Assembly: GCA_963704305.1 (NCBI GenBank)
Contig: OY969888.1
Location: 1,820,435-1,884,434 of the forward strand
From: an uncultured Bacteroidota bacterium
Lineage (GTDB): Bacteria; Bacteroidota; Ignavibacteria; Kryptoniales; JAKASW01
DNA length: 64,000 bases
Reading direction: 5' to 3'
Program-made: the position numbers and the translations under genes
Part shown: positions 30,854 through 42,358 of the stretch, piece by piece
How positions within the stretch are numbered: position 1 is the first letter of the stretch
Layout: each line of letters opens with the position of its first letter
The notes under the pieces: generated by a model
The model's input: only the letters and a program-made list of their open reading frames with translations
What the model was told of the DNA's origin: nothing
Databases searched by the model: none

Positions 30854-33586
30854 GTGCAACTTTTCCGACGATCGTTGATTAAGTTAGTCAAGAAGGTTGA
30901 ACAACCGGTGAATACGAAACCGACTTATAATATAGTTTCGCATGCACATTGGGACAGAGAGTGGTATCTGAGCTTTGAAGAATACCGTACCTGGCTCGTG
31001 GACATGGTGGACGATCTCTTCGAGAGAATGGAACGCGATCCTGATTTCAACTCATTCATGTTTGACGGCCAGATGGCGATGGTGCGCGACTATCTTGAAG
31101 TCAGGCCTGAACAGCGAGAACTCTTCAAAGAGTACGTTCGCAAGAAAAAGTTTGTCATCGGTCCGTGGTATGTTCTGGTTGATCAGTTCATTCCGAGCGG
31201 CGAATCGCACATTCGAAACCTCATGTACGGATTGGAATTTGCTCGCGAGCTTGGCGAGCCCATGATGGTCGGTTACATCCCGGATCAATTCGGCCACATC
31301 GCCCAGATGCCGCAGCTGCTGAAGGGTTTCGGAATAGACTCGGCCGTCATTTATAGAGGCTTCGGTGGTGAACCCGGCCAGGAATCTTCCGAGTACCAGT
31401 GGCATTCGCCAGATGGAAGCAGCGTCCTCATGGTGCACCTTCCCAAAGACGGATACAGTTTTGGATATTTCGGCGCCGACTCTGACGATGAAATTCCAAC
31501 ACGCTTCAAGCGCCTCAGAGAGGAAATCGATCCCAGAGCATCTACTTCGCAGCGACTCGTTCTGAACGGCGGCGATCATCATTGGCCGGACCCGAACCTG
31601 ACTAAGGCGGTCAGGGTTCTGTCGAAAAACATTGATGCGAACTTCAAGCTCGCCGATCTTTCTGATTACATGACACAACTCAAATCGGAAGTGAACTGGA
31701 GTACTCTTCCAGTCGTCAATGGCGAAATGAGATTCGGTTTGAGGCATGCCTTTGCGGTATTGGGCGGCACCGCATCGAGTCGCATGTACGTGAAGCAAGC
31801 CAATTACGATTGTGAAACCAAGCTCGAGAGAATACTCGAGCCGCTCAACGCAATCGCCGTGGCACTTGGCAAGAAAAGTCGAACCGGTCTCATCAAGCAA
31901 GCATGGATGTATGTCCTCCAGTCACAGGATCATGACGTGATCTGCGGTTCAAGTGTGGACAGTGTGTATGAAGAGACGATGGTTCGTTACACCAAGGCGC
32001 GGGAGATCGCGAAGCAGACAGCCACACAAATTTTGAATGATCTCATTCCACAGGATTCAACTCAGTATAGAGACGATAAGCTTCTGTTTCTCTTTAATCT
32101 TCTCCCGCATTCAAGGAACGGTGTGGTTGAATGTGGAATTGAGTTTTTCTTGAGAGACATAGTGATCGGAATAAATCCGGATGTTAAGGTCAATCCCGAT
32201 GCCCCGCGGACTAACAATCTGAGATTGGCCGACCGGGCTGGCCGCGAAATACCTTTCCAGGTTGTCAAGAGAGATGATGATTACGGTATTACGTATTCCA
32301 AGTTTTCCTACCCTCATCAAACATGGGTCGACAAATGGAAGGTGATGGTTGCAGCTGAGAATCTCCCATCGCTTGGTTACCGTAGTTTTTCAATAAGCAG
32401 ATCTGCAGAGAAGCCTTCTTACAAGACTCCGCTAAGAGTGGGTAAGTACTTCCTTGAGAATGAATTTGTGAAAGTAAAAGTTGATCCAATGGGCCGCATT
32501 GCAGTAACAGATAAAGAGAGTGGCGAGGTTTACAACAACCTGAACTTTTTCGAGGATGCGGGTGATATCGGAGATGAATACACATATTGTCCACCCGACA
32601 GAGGCCGCGCGATCCTCTCGACGAAGTTCAAGCCATCGATCACCGTTGTCGAGAGGGGACCTATCCGCGGTGCAATACAGGTACGAATCCCCATGACTAT
32701 GCCTGTTGCCGTAACGGAGGATCGAAAGGGAAGAAGCCGGAAATCTATCCGCCTCCAGGTCGTGACGACGATCTATCTTGATTACAATTCAAAGAGGATA
32801 AACGTCCGCACCTTTGTCCTGAACGAGGCCCGCGACCATCGTCTTCGAGTTCTTTTCAATCCCGGCATTAAAACAGATGTGTCATATGCTGATTCGCAAT
32901 TCTGCGTTGTGAAGCGTCAGCACAAACAATATGACCTGGCAAACTTTCCTTACGAACTTCCGCAGAATCTCGAAGTGCTCCAGAGATTTGTAACAATTCA
33001 AGATGGTCGTCGCGGCTTGACCGTGTTCTCGAAAGGCCTTCACGAGTACGAGCTCAAAGTCGACCAGCCTGGCATGCTGACACTGACTCTTCTCAGATGC
33101 GTCGGGAACCTGTCGAACTCAGGCCTGAAGACACGACCCGGCGGAGATGCCGGCTGGAAGAACGAGACGCCTGGCGCTCAGTGCATCGGACCGCATACGT
33201 TCGACTACAGCATACTTGTTCATCGACCCACGTCAGATTTCGAAGAGATTAACCGGCAGGCTGAGGAATATAATTCTCAGATTCTCTCTGTACTGAGGAA
33301 ACACGATGTCGATGTTGATGCGGAGATGTCGTGCCTCGAATTGAAAGGAGACGGTCTCGCATTCAGCTCTTTGAAGGAGTCGGAAGATGGAACTGCACTC
33401 GTGTTTAGATGTTACAACATGATGAACAAAGCTGTGCGCGGAGGTCTGTCTGTCGGCTTTCCTTATGTTTCCGCTGCCGTGACTGATCTCGCCGAATCAG
33501 CCTCGACGCCGGCGAACCGGTTGGGACACGAAAATGTTTTTGATACGAATGCACATGGCATACGGACTTTAAAAATAAAATTGTAA
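30854..33586 (+). CDS. Glycoside hydrolase family 38 alpha-mannosidase (mannosylglycerate-hydrolase-like)
   Basis: IVSHAHWDREWY, GQMAMVRDYLE, GYIPDQFGH and NGGDHHWPD are GH38 N-terminal catalytic-domain hallmarks. The start is uncertain: GTG 30854 or GTG 30908. Confidence 0.85.
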   Translation: MQLFRRSLIKLVKKVEQPVNTKPTYNIVSHAHWDREWYLSFEEYRTWLVDMVDDLFERMERDPDFNSFMFDGQMAMVRDYLEVRPEQRELFKEYVRKKKFVIGPWYVLVDQFIPSGESHIRNLMYGLEFARELGEPMMVGYIPDQFGHIAQMPQLLKGFGIDSAVIYRGFGGEPGQESSEYQWHSPDGSSVLMVHLPKDGYSFGYFGADSDDEIPTRFKRLREEIDPRASTSQRLVLNGGDHHWPDPNLTKAVRVLSKNIDANFKLADLSDYMTQLKSEVNWSTLPVVNGEMRFGLRHAFAVLGGTASSRMYVKQANYDCETKLERILEPLNAIAVALGKKSRTGLIKQAWMYVLQSQDHDVICGSSVDSVYEETMVRYTKAREIAKQTATQILNDLIPQDSTQYRDDKLLFLFNLLPHSRNGVVECGIEFFLRDIVIGINPDVKVNPDAPRTNNLRLADRAGREIPFQVVKRDDDYGITYSKFSYPHQTWVDKWKVMVAAENLPSLGYRSFSISRSAEKPSYKTPLRVGKYFLENEFVKVKVDPMGRIAVTDKESGEVYNNLNFFEDAGDIGDEYTYCPPDRGRAILSTKFKPSITVVERGPIRGAIQVRIPMTMPVAVTEDRKGRSRKSIRLQVVTTIYLDYNSKRINVRTFVLNEARDHRLRVLFNPGIKTDVSYADSQFCVVKRQHKQYDLANFPYELPQNLEVLQRFVTIQDGRRGLTVFSKGLHEYELKVDQPGMLTLTLLRCVGNLSNSGLKTRPGGDAGWKNETPGAQCIGPHTFDYSILVHRPTSDFEEINRQAEEYNSQILSVLRKHDVDVDAEMSCLELKGDGLAFSSLKESEDGTALVFRCYNMMNKAVRGGLSVGFPYVSAAVTDLAESASTPANRLGHENVFDTNAHGIRTLKIKL

Positions 33587-33597
33587 CGGAGGAGATT

Positions 33598-34800
33598 ATG
33601 AAGTACTTATCGAAAGCCGAGGTGATTGAGAGGCTCAAGCGTTACAGGTTCGTGAAAAATCAGATCTTTGAGATAATGGGAGGGTGGGTTCAGTTCATTC
33701 CGGAAGTGGAAGTGAAAATACATTTCGGGCGACAATTTTACACCGATGCTTTTCATTCGGAGCTGCTGAAACAACGGTTGAGCTATCTTGGTGCAAGAAC
33801 GGATGCCAGACAGATTTCCTATTCAGGTAAGATGTTCATGGATTTCCTGGAGGATGTCTGGCACAGCGCCGACAAGACAGCAGTCAAACTCTACGCTGTT
33901 GATGTCTTGCTTCGTTCGATGATAGTCGATACTATGCGCGAGCATCTCGAGAGAACCTCTGTTCCCGAAGACAAGGCGACAGAGGAAATACTCCGGAGAA
34001 TTCTCAGCGATGACTACGCGCGGATCACTCTTGCCAACAGCCTCATTGCCGAATTTGATCCGCTTGGCAAAGATCTGACTGAGAGAATGAAAGAAGAAAC
34101 GGCAGAGAAGCTGAGAGCTTCCGGCGGTTTCATGACCGAGGATGTTTCCGCAAAGCCATTCGAAAAAGTATTTGAGTACAGCAAGCATCCTGCGAGGCCG
34201 GCGGACTGGGATATCGTCGAGGACGCGGGGGCATATTCCGAGAAGACGAATACTTTTGACAACGCGGACGGCAAGCGACGGCTCATTCATGACCTCATTG
34301 ACGGGGAACTCGGAAGCATAGAGCGACTGGGGAAGATGCTCGCAGAATTCCCGGAGCTGCCGTGGGAGATGCGCGTCCAGATTGCCAAACAAGCCTGGGA
34401 TGAATCCCGCCACGCAGAGGCCCTGATGCGAAGGCTCAAAGAACTCGGAGGAAGAGTCGGCGACTACCCGGTGAATTACTGGGGCTGGGAAGTCAACGTC
34501 AATCGTCCCGACCCGCTTGACAGACTCGCTATATCAAACATGACATTCGAAAGCGAGGCATGTAAGCACCTCAGCAGCTGGATCGAGACGGCGCGTAAGA
34601 CCGGAGACGAAGAATCTGCCCGGCTTATCGAGTTCATATTGATGGATGAAGTCACTCACGTTCAGCTGGGAAAGTACTGGGTCGACGAGCTTACCAGGAA
34701 TGATCCGGAACGCAGAACGAGGGTACTCGCATATCCGGAGGAGGTCCTCGCCACGTCGAGGCCGAAGGGAGTGCGGCTTCAGGAAGTCGAGCATAACTAG
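33598..34800 (+). CDS. Ferritin-like superfamily protein (DUF455-like)
   Basis: GGAGGA RBS. The C-terminal half has WDESRHAEALMRRLKELGGRVGDYPVNYWGWE and FILMDEVTHVQLGKYW, which resemble the DUF455 di-iron-like helical bundle. Confidence 0.4.
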   Translation: MKYLSKAEVIERLKRYRFVKNQIFEIMGGWVQFIPEVEVKIHFGRQFYTDAFHSELLKQRLSYLGARTDARQISYSGKMFMDFLEDVWHSADKTAVKLYAVDVLLRSMIVDTMREHLERTSVPEDKATEEILRRILSDDYARITLANSLIAEFDPLGKDLTERMKEETAEKLRASGGFMTEDVSAKPFEKVFEYSKHPARPADWDIVEDAGAYSEKTNTFDNADGKRRLIHDLIDGELGSIERLGKMLAEFPELPWEMRVQIAKQAWDESRHAEALMRRLKELGGRVGDYPVNYWGWEVNVNRPDPLDRLAISNMTFESEACKHLSSWIETARKTGDEESARLIEFILMDEVTHVQLGKYWVDELTRNDPERRTRVLAYPEEVLATSRPKGVRLQEVEHN

Positions 34801-35067
34801 CACGGGTCTGGCAGCAAGCCGGAATCTTCACCGGATCATTTTCGGTGTTCCTCGACAAAGCAACGCAGCCGTGAAGCGTCGATAGCTTGTGAGAACCGGA
34901 TGTCGTCGTGGAATCGAGCTGGTCGGAATTGAAATGAAATATGTGCGATCTCGCAGCACTGAATCCTTGTATTACATCCTGACTGGTAGTTAACTTTCAG
35001 TAAAGAGATGCACAGCTGAGTCGTGAAACCAGATAATCCCAGAATGTGAGGATAACAAGGGACCGAG

Positions 35068-35880
35068 ATGTCTCCAAATTATGACGTCCCCGCGATTGAT
35101 CGTACGATAATGTTGTTGAAGGCAATCGCGGAGCACCCGAGAGGAATTTCGCTGGCCCGGCTGACTTCCGAGACAGGCATTCCAAAGAGTTCGCTGTTTA
35201 GAATTATCTCGACGTTGAAAAAACATCTGGTGATAGTCGAGGATCCGGAAAAGTTGACGTATAATCTCGGAATGAAGTTAGCCGAATGGGGAAACGCCGC
35301 TCTTGAGAGAATCGATCTGAAGGCAATCGTCCATCCGTATCTCGTGAGGCTGAGCGTCGAGACCAAAAAGAGTTTTTACCTGGCGATGCTGGACGACTAC
35401 GAAGTGATCATAGTCGACCGTGCGGACACTACAGATATCTGGCAGATCGTGACCCGCCTGGGACAGCGCTCACCCATTCACTGCACTGCGAGCGGGATGG
35501 CGATGGTTTCTGAAATGCGTGAAGAACAGCTGGATGAAATCATACGCGAGAAGGGACTTCGCAAGTACACTAACAAGACAATTGTCACCGCGCGGGCGCT
35601 GAAGAAGAAACTCGGAGAGGTGAGAACGCTCGGTTATGCGGTCGCCGACGGAGACTACAAACCGGATCTATTTGCGCTTGCGGCACCAATTAAAGATCAT
35701 AAGGGGAAAATAGTCGGATCAATCATGGCCGGGCTTCATTCGGATACCGCAAGAAAGAGCAAGAAGCTCGTGAAGTCGCTGATTGAAATCATAGTCAGAG
35801 ATTGCGCAGAGATCTCGCAGCGGATCGGGTATAAAGGTGTAGTCAGCACAGTCCAGCAGGTCGGAGACACTCCCAAGTAG
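35068..35880 (+). CDS. IclR-family transcriptional regulator
   Basis: N-terminal wHTH AIDRTIMLLKAIAEHPRGISLARLTSETGIPKSSLFRIISTL, followed by an IclR effector-binding domain pattern (GYAVADGDYKPDLFALAAPI). Confidence 0.85.
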   Translation: MSPNYDVPAIDRTIMLLKAIAEHPRGISLARLTSETGIPKSSLFRIISTLKKHLVIVEDPEKLTYNLGMKLAEWGNAALERIDLKAIVHPYLVRLSVETKKSFYLAMLDDYEVIIVDRADTTDIWQIVTRLGQRSPIHCTASGMAMVSEMREEQLDEIIREKGLRKYTNKTIVTARALKKKLGEVRTLGYAVADGDYKPDLFALAAPIKDHKGKIVGSIMAGLHSDTARKSKKLVKSLIEIIVRDCAEISQRIGYKGVVSTVQQVGDTPK

Positions 35881-35897
35881 GATTTCCTTCCAGCACT

Positions 35898-36698
35898 TTG
35901 ATAGACGTCGGCATAGTAAGTGACGAAATTTCCACCTCATTCAGTGAGGCAGTTCATCATGGTACAGCTTGGGGAATCAGGAGATACGAGATTCGAGTCT
36001 TGCGCACCGGCAGGGTACCGGACGTCGACAAATCAGAGATACGCGACCTCGTGGTGCTGAAGGAGGAGCATGGAATTGAAATTACTGCCATTTCTCCCGG
36101 CATATTCAAAATTCCTGTATCTCACGAGTCCGAAGTCAACCGGCAGATCGAGGACCTCTTGCCCCGAAGTCTTGAGCTTGCAGTCACACTGGGAGCGGGG
36201 AAGGTCATAGTATTCGGCTTCCAACGCGGGGAAGACGTGATCGCAGACGACCTCAAGAATGTTGTACATTTCCTGCGGCTGGCTGCTGAACAGGGCAAGA
36301 AGGCCGGGGTTATGATCGTCGTTGAGAACGAACCGGGTTTCTGGTGCGACACCGGAACAAACACCGCCTCCGTCATAGACAAAGTGTCGCACGATTTTCT
36401 GCGCGCAAACTGGGATCCGTGCAACGCTTTCGGCCAGGGTGAGGATCCCTTTCCAGCAGGATATGGTGCCATCAAACGTTTCGTCGCAAACGTCCATGCA
36501 AAGGACACCATGAAAGGAGGGCTGATTGAATGCGTGCCAATTGGCGAAGGCCTTGTGGATTGGGAAGGTCAGATTCGTGATCTCGTAAAAGATGGTATCG
36601 TGGAACATATCACAGTCGAAACCCATTGTCTTCCACTCATAGAAAAATCGAAGCTCAATGTGGAGAGGCTGAGAAGAATGATCGGGAAGTACAACTAG
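35898..36698 (+). CDS. Sugar phosphate isomerase/epimerase (xylose-isomerase-like TIM barrel)
   Basis: TTG start. The pattern LELAVTLGAGKVIVFG..VMIVVENEPGFWCDTG..ANWDPCNAF is typical of the AP_endonuc_2/xylose-isomerase-like fold. Confidence 0.65.
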   Translation: MIDVGIVSDEISTSFSEAVHHGTAWGIRRYEIRVLRTGRVPDVDKSEIRDLVVLKEEHGIEITAISPGIFKIPVSHESEVNRQIEDLLPRSLELAVTLGAGKVIVFGFQRGEDVIADDLKNVVHFLRLAAEQGKKAGVMIVVENEPGFWCDTGTNTASVIDKVSHDFLRANWDPCNAFGQGEDPFPAGYGAIKRFVANVHAKDTMKGGLIECVPIGEGLVDWEGQIRDLVKDGIVEHITVETHCLPLIEKSKLNVERLRRMIGKYN

Positions 36699-36756
36699 GC
36701 AATTGAATGGTTAAGCTGCGGCCGCATCGTGGTATTAATGACAATCAGAGCACGGA

Positions 36757-38226
36757 ATGACAAAGAAATATTTTACGTATAAGAACTTGGATGAACTGAA
36801 GAAGGATGTTGACGGCCTGGGCTTAGATATTACCTTTGAGACCGAGCTGCGTGCCATCGCGAAACATGTGAAGATCGGGAAGAAGACAATTGGCAACTCT
36901 CTCGCTATCCATCCTATGGAGGGCTGCGACGCCACACTTGACGGCCGGCCGGATGAGCTCACATATCGCAGGTGGCAGAGGTTCGGCGAAGGCGGTGCGA
37001 AACTCATCTGGGGTGAGGCAACTGCAGTTGTGCATGAAGGCAGAGCAAATCCACGACAGCTTCTTATCTCCGATGAAAGCCTGGCGGATTTCGAGAGACT
37101 GTTGAAAGACGCACGTTCAAGTCACCGTGAAGCGTATGGAAGCAACGACGACCTTATGGTCGGACTCCAGCTTACACACTCCGGCAGGTACAGCTACCCC
37201 AAGCCGATAATCGCTTACCATAATCCGCAGGTCGACGCCATCACCTATGTAGACAAGAAAAAGGGCACAAAGATTACTCCCGATTTTCCGACTGTGACAG
37301 ATGATTATCTCGAGAAGCTGGAAGATGCGTTTCTTGCAGCGGCGAAAAATGCCGCAAAGGTCGGATTCGATTTTGTCGATATAAAGCAGTGTCACACTTA
37401 TCTACTCAATGAGCTCCTCGGTGCCAGGGTGCGACCCGGAAAATACGGAGGGAGTTTTGAAAACCGGACGAGGTTCATTCGAAATGTGCTGGGCAAGATA
37501 AAGAGTGAGGTGGGAGAAAAGATCATTCTCGCTTCTCGCATAAACGCCTTTGACGGAGTCCCGTTTGCAGCTGATCCCACCACAGGCGAAGGGAGGCCGA
37601 TGCCATACGAGATTCCTTACGAGTACGGTTTCGGCGTGGACAAACAGAATCCTTTGCATGAAGATTCTGCGGAGGTTCTGGAATTCGTGAAAGTGCTCAT
37701 CGACGCCGGCGTCCAGCTACTTAATGTGTCGATGGGAAGTCCTTACTACAATATGCATATCGGACGACCGTTCGAGCAAGCACCTGTCGACGGCTACCGC
37801 CCTCCAGAGCATCCTCTGATGGGCGTGGAACGCCATTTTCGCTTGACAGAGATAGTCCAGCGTGCTTTTCCAAATTTACCTGTCGTCGGAACAGGCTACA
37901 GCTGGCTTCAGAAGTATTTGATTAATGCCGCGGAGTCGAACCTCAGACGAGGAAGGGTGACATTGATTGGCGTGGGACGCGGTGCAATTGCCTATCCGAC
38001 GTATGCACGTGACGCGCTGGCACTGGGAGAGCTGAAAGCAAACAAGGTCTGCTACGGTGTCAGCTTCTGCACGGCACTCATGAGATCCAAGCACAATGAG
38101 CTCGGACAATATCCTACCGGTTGTGTTCCGCGGGACCCGATTTATGCAAAGGTGTACAAAGAGTCGTTGGAGAGAGCCAAAGAGCAGCAGTTAATCAACG
38201 AGACTGAAAGAGATAATCACAGTTGA
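36757..38226 (+). CDS. Old-yellow-enzyme-like NADH:flavin oxidoreductase
   Basis: HPMEGCDATLDGRPDELTYRRW..GAKLIWGEATAV..VGLQLTHSGRY..FDFVDIKQCHTYLLNELL is the OYE/2,4-dienoyl-CoA-reductase N-domain pattern. Confidence 0.75.
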   Translation: MTKKYFTYKNLDELKKDVDGLGLDITFETELRAIAKHVKIGKKTIGNSLAIHPMEGCDATLDGRPDELTYRRWQRFGEGGAKLIWGEATAVVHEGRANPRQLLISDESLADFERLLKDARSSHREAYGSNDDLMVGLQLTHSGRYSYPKPIIAYHNPQVDAITYVDKKKGTKITPDFPTVTDDYLEKLEDAFLAAAKNAAKVGFDFVDIKQCHTYLLNELLGARVRPGKYGGSFENRTRFIRNVLGKIKSEVGEKIILASRINAFDGVPFAADPTTGEGRPMPYEIPYEYGFGVDKQNPLHEDSAEVLEFVKVLIDAGVQLLNVSMGSPYYNMHIGRPFEQAPVDGYRPPEHPLMGVERHFRLTEIVQRAFPNLPVVGTGYSWLQKYLINAAESNLRRGRVTLIGVGRGAIAYPTYARDALALGELKANKVCYGVSFCTALMRSKHNELGQYPTGCVPRDPIYAKVYKESLERAKEQQLINETERDNHS

Positions 38227-39251
38227 ATAAATCACAAGTGAACATCGCTCTTGTAGGCGTGGCAAATCACGGGCAGACAATCCTGAGAGCGATCAGGGGA
38301 AGCGCAAAACTGATCCTGAGATCGTGCTACGACATTAATTCTGATGCCGCTGAACACGTCGCGATGATGACGGGATGCAGGGCAGCCCCGACCTACGAAA
38401 GTCTTCTCACAGATCCTGAGCTTGATGCTGTCGCCCTGGTAACTCCAAATTTTCTCCATCTTGATCAGGCGGTAAAGGCTTTCTCTGCGGGCAAACATGT
38501 TTTTATCGAGAAGCCGCTTGCCGTCAATGTCCGCGAAGGGAAGAAGATTGTTGAGGCTGCGGTCGACGGCGGCCAAATTCTTCAGGTTGGTCACAACACC
38601 AGGAAAAGAAGAGTATTCCGAAAAGCTAAGGAGCTGATCGCTGACGGAATCGTGGGTGACATCGTAAGTGTATATGCCAACATGTCATTTGATTTCGGCC
38701 TGACCAAAAATGTGCCGGAGTGGAAGAAGCAGAGGGAATTGTGTCCTCTCCTTCCGATGACGCAACTGGGCATACACTTCATCGATACTCTCGAATACCT
38801 TGTCGGACCAATCAAGTCAGTCACGTCTGCACAGAGATCTGCAGTCTTGAAAAATAAAAAAGGTGAAAATGTGACGGACAGCGTAGCTTCCGCGATCACT
38901 TTCAAGAGCGGTGTAATCGGCGCGATGCAGTCAGACTATGTCTCTCCCACCACTTACATGGTCGTCATATTCGGAACGAAAGCCAAGATTACGTGCAGCG
39001 ATGACAAAATCATCATCGAAAGACCGGTCGCAGGGAGAATTGAGAGTGAGACTGTAAATGCGACCGAGACCATCGATGGAGAAAGTTATTTCGCTGAGAT
39101 CGCAGAGTTTGCAGAATGTGTGCTGACCAAAAGTCCGCCTGAAGTGGACGGACATTCAGGCCTTCGGAACCTTGCTGTCGTCGAAGCCATGTTGCGATCA
39201 GCTGAATCGGGGCGGGCGATCGAGGTAGAAGATGTGTTGAGGAATCCGTGA
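38223..39251 (+). CDS. Gfo/Idh/MocA-family NAD(P)-dependent oxidoreductase
   Basis: Rossmann N-terminus VNIALVGVANHGQTILRAI and the EKP motif (HVFIEKPLAVN). The start overlaps the stop of the previous gene. GTG 38238 is a possible start. Confidence 0.8.
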   Translation: MNKSQVNIALVGVANHGQTILRAIRGSAKLILRSCYDINSDAAEHVAMMTGCRAAPTYESLLTDPELDAVALVTPNFLHLDQAVKAFSAGKHVFIEKPLAVNVREGKKIVEAAVDGGQILQVGHNTRKRRVFRKAKELIADGIVGDIVSVYANMSFDFGLTKNVPEWKKQRELCPLLPMTQLGIHFIDTLEYLVGPIKSVTSAQRSAVLKNKKGENVTDSVASAITFKSGVIGAMQSDYVSPTTYMVVIFGTKAKITCSDDKIIIERPVAGRIESETVNATETIDGESYFAEIAEFAECVLTKSPPEVDGHSGLRNLAVVEAMLRSAESGRAIEVEDVLRNP

Positions 39252-39378
39252 TTGTCCGTGGAATTACCTGCTGGATCATGCAGACGCAGGTTAGCTTCTC
39301 CTGCAAGTTGTCAAAGGCAGGCGGAATGTCTCAGCACTTAGGAGAATGGATCGGAACAAGTAGCCTGGGGAATTTCTA

Positions 39379-40584
39379 ATGAACTCTGGCGAATACGAAG
39401 TCATCGTCGCGGGGCACATCTGTCTCGACATCATCCCGGAAATACCTAAGAAGGAAGAGACAGCTGGTGAACTAATTCATCCAGGGAAGTTGGTTGTGGT
39501 CGGTCCGGCGACGATGGCTACGGGAGGTTGTGTATCGAACACGGGAATAGCGCTTAACAAGCTCGGCATTCCTACTTTGCTCGTGGGAAAAGTGGGAGAC
39601 GATCTGTTTGGCAAAGCAGTGCTTAAAACTCTGTCCGATCATGACAGGAAGCTTACGGAAGGTATGATCGTGACAAAGGGAGAGACGACTTCTTACAGCG
39701 TCGTCATAAGTCCGCCCGGCGTTGATAGGATGTTCCTCCATTGCCCGGGAGCAAACGACACATTCGTTGCAGAAGATGTCGATTTCACAAGAGTGGCTGA
39801 TGCACGCCTGTTCCACTTTGGGTATCCGCCGATAATGAAGAGAATGTATGTTGATGCCGGGAAGGAGCTTGTCAAGCTTTTTGAGAATGTTCGTCGGAGC
39901 GGTATGACGACGAGTCTTGATATGTCGATGCCCGACCCCGCATCAGAGTCGGGAAATATTGACTGGCGTTGCCTCCTAAAGAACGTGCTTCCATATGTGG
40001 ATATTTTCCTGCCGAGTCTGGAGGAAACCCTCTTTATGCTGGACCGCGGGCTCTTCGACAGTCTTCGGACAGGAGAGCTTGATAAGTTTAGTCTGGCATT
40101 GGCAGATGGCTCGCTTCTCACCCGGCTCGCAGGCGAGCTCATTGAAATGGGTGCCGCCGTCGTTGGGCTCAAGCTTGGAGACAACGGTTTGTATCTTCGA
40201 ACAAGTTCCGATCCCGCTCGCATCGCAGCGATGGGACGAAGCAAGCCTGCACGATCTGAACTGTGGACAGGTAGAGAGCTTCTCGCTCCGTGCTTCGATG
40301 TGAAAGTAGTTGGCACGACAGGTGCCGGTGACAGCACGATCGCAGGTTTTCTCTGCGCAATAATATTTGGTCTTCATCCTGAGGAAGTCATAGCGTCAGC
40401 CGTCGGTGTTGGAGCATTCAATGTCGAAAAGGCCGATGCGACCAGCGGCATACCGTCATGGGAAAAGGTTCAGGCGCGGGTTTCAGGACTGTGCAAAAGG
40501 CGCCCGATAAGTTTTAGCCTGCCGAACTGGACCTGGAGTGAACGCGATCAAATCTGGATAGGGCCGCATGATTCAATTCATTAA
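39379..40584 (+). CDS. PfkB-family carbohydrate kinase
   Basis: The C-terminal signature VVGTTGAGDSTIAGFLCAI (DTxGAGD type) and an N-terminal GG dipeptide region (PATMATGGCVSNTG). Confidence 0.8.
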   Translation: MNSGEYEVIVAGHICLDIIPEIPKKEETAGELIHPGKLVVVGPATMATGGCVSNTGIALNKLGIPTLLVGKVGDDLFGKAVLKTLSDHDRKLTEGMIVTKGETTSYSVVISPPGVDRMFLHCPGANDTFVAEDVDFTRVADARLFHFGYPPIMKRMYVDAGKELVKLFENVRRSGMTTSLDMSMPDPASESGNIDWRCLLKNVLPYVDIFLPSLEETLFMLDRGLFDSLRTGELDKFSLALADGSLLTRLAGELIEMGAAVVGLKLGDNGLYLRTSSDPARIAAMGRSKPARSELWTGRELLAPCFDVKVVGTTGAGDSTIAGFLCAIIFGLHPEEVIASAVGVGAFNVEKADATSGIPSWEKVQARVSGLCKRRPISFSLPNWTWSERDQIWIGPHDSIH

Positions 40585-40632
40585 TGGGAAAGCAGATCAG
40601 ACATTTTGATTTCCAAACGTTTCAACATTTAA

Positions 40633-41220
<588 letters not shown>

Positions 41221-41237
41221 CCGGCGGATTCTGAACA

Positions 41238-42308
41238 ATGCAGCTGTATGGTAAAGAATGGACGCGCCATGAAATTGAGATACGCGTCAGCAAGTTGGAA
41301 CAGATTGGTGGAATTCGCAGGATGGCTCTCACCGAAGGCCGCGAGGCAGGAGTGGAGTTGGTACAGATACGGACAGGCGCCGGCCTTTCGTACTATGTTT
41401 CGCCGATGCGTGGCATGGATATCTCGTTGGCAGAATTTGGTGGAGTGCCAATCAGCTGGCAGTCGGCGAACGGAGATGTACATCCGAGTTATTACAATCC
41501 TGACGGGGCGGAGTGGGGACGAACCGCCGCAGGTGGCCTGCTCATGACATGCGGACTGACGCAAGTTGGATCTCCCTGCGAGGAAGATGGAAGGAAGTAT
41601 GGCCAGCATGGGAAAGCCCATCACACACCAGCTAAACAAGTCTATGCTTCCGGAGGGTGGAAGGGGGACGAGTATGAAATGACGGTTGGTGGAATTACCG
41701 AGGAAGCCTCATTATTCGGAAATCGTCTTCAACTGACCCGGCAGATTCAAAGTAGACTCGGGGTAAATAAGATATTCATCAAAGATGTCGTGGAGAACCT
41801 CGGTTTTGCTGCAACAGCTCACATGATATTATAGCATTTCAACTTCGGATTCCCTTTCATGGACGAAGATACTGAGATCACTTTTCCTTCACGACACGTG
41901 AAGGCCAGGGACGAAGGAACCCCGATTGAAGGGTATGATGCCTGGCAGTCGCCTGAACACGGATACACGGAGAGGGTTTACTACCATGAAGAACTCGTGA
42001 CGGAAAATGGAGCGGTGCCAGAAAATGAAAAGGCTTGTGTGATCATTCGGAATCCGCATTTTCCTCGCGCGGGAGAGACCGGGAGTTTACCAGTATCGGT
42101 GGCACTCACTTGGGACACCAGCCATCTGATGAGGCTCGTCGAGTGGAAGATGCCAGCCGAAGGATTATACGTGCTCGGAATTGAGCCTGCGAACTGCCAC
42201 GTTGAAGGTCGTGTGGTCGAGCGCGAGCGAGGGACTCTTGTTATGTTGGAACCGGGCGAAAGAGTTACGTATCGACTTGAGATCGAGATTACTGCAGGAA
42301 ATAGATAG
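41238..42308 (+). pseudogene. DUF4432 / aldose-1-epimerase-like gene with a single in-frame TAG
   Basis: ORFs 41238-41834 and 41859-42308 are in the same frame. Read-through gives ...ATAHMIL*HFNFGFPFMDEDTEI, where family members have HM.LYH.NFGFP. TAG 41832-41834 therefore replaces a Tyr codon. Confidence 0.7.
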
Positions 42309-42358
42309 CGAATCATTAAACCACTATAGGATTCACGAGTGATTTAGCGTTGAGTAGT

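Noticed and set aside
41832-41834. In-frame TAG considered as evidence of stop-codon reassignment or pyrrolysine.
   Set aside because: TAG terminates at least ten other well-defined genes in this window at family-consistent C-termini. No pyl genes or PYLIS-like context were seen.
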